DNA of 64,000 nucleotides from an uncultured delta proteobacterium. GTDB lineage: Bacteria > Myxococcota_A > Polyangia > Fen-1088. The notes beneath the pieces were generated by a model. The model searched no databases. It worked only from the letters and a program-made list of their open reading frames with translations, and was not told where the DNA came from. Where the stretch lies: the NCBI GenBank assembly GCA_963737265.1, contig CAVTRY010000011.1, forward strand, positions 1,335,271 through 1,399,270, read 5' to 3'. Of this stretch, positions 62,063 to 64,000 are shown piece after piece (within the stretch, counting starts at the first letter, position 1; each line of letters starts with the position of its first letter). The position numbers and the translations under genes are program-made.

Positions 62063-62440
62063 CAGTACCGATCTCTGTTTCGCCCAGGGCCTCTTTCTGC
62101 GGAACGAGACTGGCCTCCTCCTGCGGAGCGGCTCAGTCGCGTTTGAGGTGCGCCCGAGGTGCGTTTTGAGCCAGGAACGCGAAGGCAGAGCGAATGTCTG
62201 GCAGGAGCTGCGCGGCGGATTCGAGGATGGACGCCAGGATCGCGTCGAGAAAATACTTGGCAGAGCAGGCTGCGCGCTGGGTGGATAGCGGACTACCGCA
62301 TGCGCGTTCCGCAGCGTGGGTGATGGCGCGCTTGATGGTCGCGGCGAGCAGGCTTGCCCAGATCAGCCCTCGGCGATGGGTGACTTGGCCGTGTCGAATT
62401 TGTGGAGATTTGCGTAGGATTTCCATTCCTTGAAGATTTG
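62063..62440 (-). mobile_element. IS4-family transposase C-terminal remnant
   Basis: FKEWKSYANLHKFDT...AEG/LIWASLLAA across a 1-bp frameshift in a G run; CAGTACCGATCT end-like sequence. Confidence 0.6.
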
Positions 62441-62568
62441 GGGGCGAATGGGTGTTCGCTTTCCTTGTCAGGGGCCAGCGTAATGGCGACAGGATTGTCC
62501 TTCAAGACGCTCATGGTTACGTGGAGTCCACGGCCGCTGGTGTCACCTTCGTGAAGCGGCCAGGCCAC

Positions 62569-64000
62569 TGAAGTGGACCCCAAAAATGGGACCAGGAGCT
62601 AAGGTGTAGTCCGCCTCAACAACGAGGCAGGACACGATGAAAACGAACCGCCAAAAGCACACAGCACTCTTCAAGGCGCAGGTAGCTCTCGAAGCCATGC
62701 GGGAGCAGGCAACGGTTGTGGAGATCGGGCGCCGATACAAGATCAACCCGAACCTGGTTCACAAGTGGAAGAAGGAAGCCGTCACACGGCTGGCCATGGT
62801 TTTCGAACCAGGCCATGCAAATGCAGAGGAATCGGCGAACGCCGAACGCGAATCGGAATTGCTGCGCAAGGTGGGGCAGCTGACGCTGGAGAATGATTTT
62901 TTAGCACGCGGGCTCGCGCGCATTCGCTGACGGAGAAGCGCGCCATGATCGAGTCCCACAACGACCTATCTGTCCGTCGGCAGTGCGAGCTGCTGAATCT
63001 TGCGAGATCGGGCATCTACTGGGAGCCGATGCCGATGGCAGAGGAAGATCTGGCCATCTGCAAGGAGCTGGACAAGCTGCATCTTGAATTGCCAGCATTC
63101 GGCAGCCGGAAGCTGTCACGGTTGCTAAAGGCACAGGGGCAGACGGTGAATCGCAAACGGGTGCAGAGACTGATGCGAATCATGGGCATCGAAGCGCTGG
63201 CGCCCAAACCACGGACGACCGTGCCCGCGCCGGAACATACGAAATTCCCGTACTTGCTGCGCCATCTCGCGATCATTCGGCCCAATCAGGTGTGGGCCTC
63301 GGATATCACGTACATCCCGACGAGACAGGGGCATTGCTACCTGGTCGCCGTGATGGATTGGTACACGCGCCGGGTTCTGTCCTGGCGCATTTCAAACACG
63401 ATGGACAGCCGTTTTTGCATCGAGGTCGTGGAAGAAGCTCTTGCGAACTTCGGCTTGCCGGAGATCTTCAACACCGACCAGGGGTCGCAGTTTACCGACG
63501 ACAACTTCACATCGGTTTTGCTGGACAAGGGCGTAAAGGTCAGCATGGACGGTCGCGGCCGATTCATGGACAACATCTTCGTCGAGCGTCTATGGCGGTC
63601 TGTCAAATGCGAGGAGGTCTACTTGAACGACTACCGAGACGTGGCCGACGCCCGCAGTGGCATCGCGATCTACCTGGACAAGTACAACCACAGGCGGCCT
63701 CACCAAACCCTTGGATTTCAGACACCCGTAGCGTTTTACGAATTCGAACTAAAGAAGTCGGCGATGAAAGAGGCCGCCTAAATCGCCGCTGCATCATGCT
63801 GATGGCACGCTGCCCACAACTGCAACGCGTTCACCTGCTTCTGTGGGGCCGTGCGCGCATTGCATCCGTGGACAGCAGCCATCAGCATGCCTCCGCTCTC
63901 AACAATTTCCTTGCCGGCGAGGCTCACCCGGATCTACAAACAAACCCACGCGGACTCTCTCTTAGCTCGGGCCATTTCTGGTCCTACCAAAGGGGTCCAC
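62569..64000 (+). mobile_element. IS3-family element, copy 3 (orfA 62637-62930, orfB 62945-63781; last bases of the right IR lie beyond the window)
   Basis: Near-identical to copies 1 and 2; GATTTTTTAG near the orfA end is a candidate -1 frameshift site. Confidence 0.95.

Overview
GC-rich bacterial accessory region. Gene content (many sigma-54 activators, OmpA/LysM peptidoglycan-binding proteins, Gly/Thr-rich lipoproteins) suggests Myxococcota, which is an inference. It was probably assembled from long reads: a ~1.4 kb poly-T/low-complexity stretch at 8221-9620 looks like a sequencing artefact. 1-12.1 kb is a divergent two-armed locus. Each arm starts with the same 38-codon segment and encodes a peptidoglycan-binding protein and a large calcineurin-like metallophosphoesterase; the right arm adds duplicated membrane-anchored Cys-containing proteins. 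This is a candidate effector/immunity system and the best novelty candidate. 12-21.7 kb holds a truncated S8 peptidase, a lipoprotein, and two vapBC modules bracketing nested IS91-like/IS21/ISAs1 remnants and a GH5 fragment. 21.8-47.5 kb has two-component and sigma-54 regulators, a ferritin-like gene, an ISL3 remnant, a glycogen-debranching/treY/treZ operon, a hybrid kinase with an in-frame TGA, IS1634, and CBS/YHS/MscS genes. 47.5-64 kb has three IS3 copies, a truncated GH13, wcaJ, a sigma-54 activator, an FkbH-ACP-thioesterase fusion, a ParB-carrying IS21-like element and an IS4 remnant. Three ORF-breaking lesions and one IS3 variant all fall on the C of the motif GTCGAGCG, suggesting a base-modification-linked error or mutation hotspot. 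No rRNA, tRNA or CRISPR array was seen.
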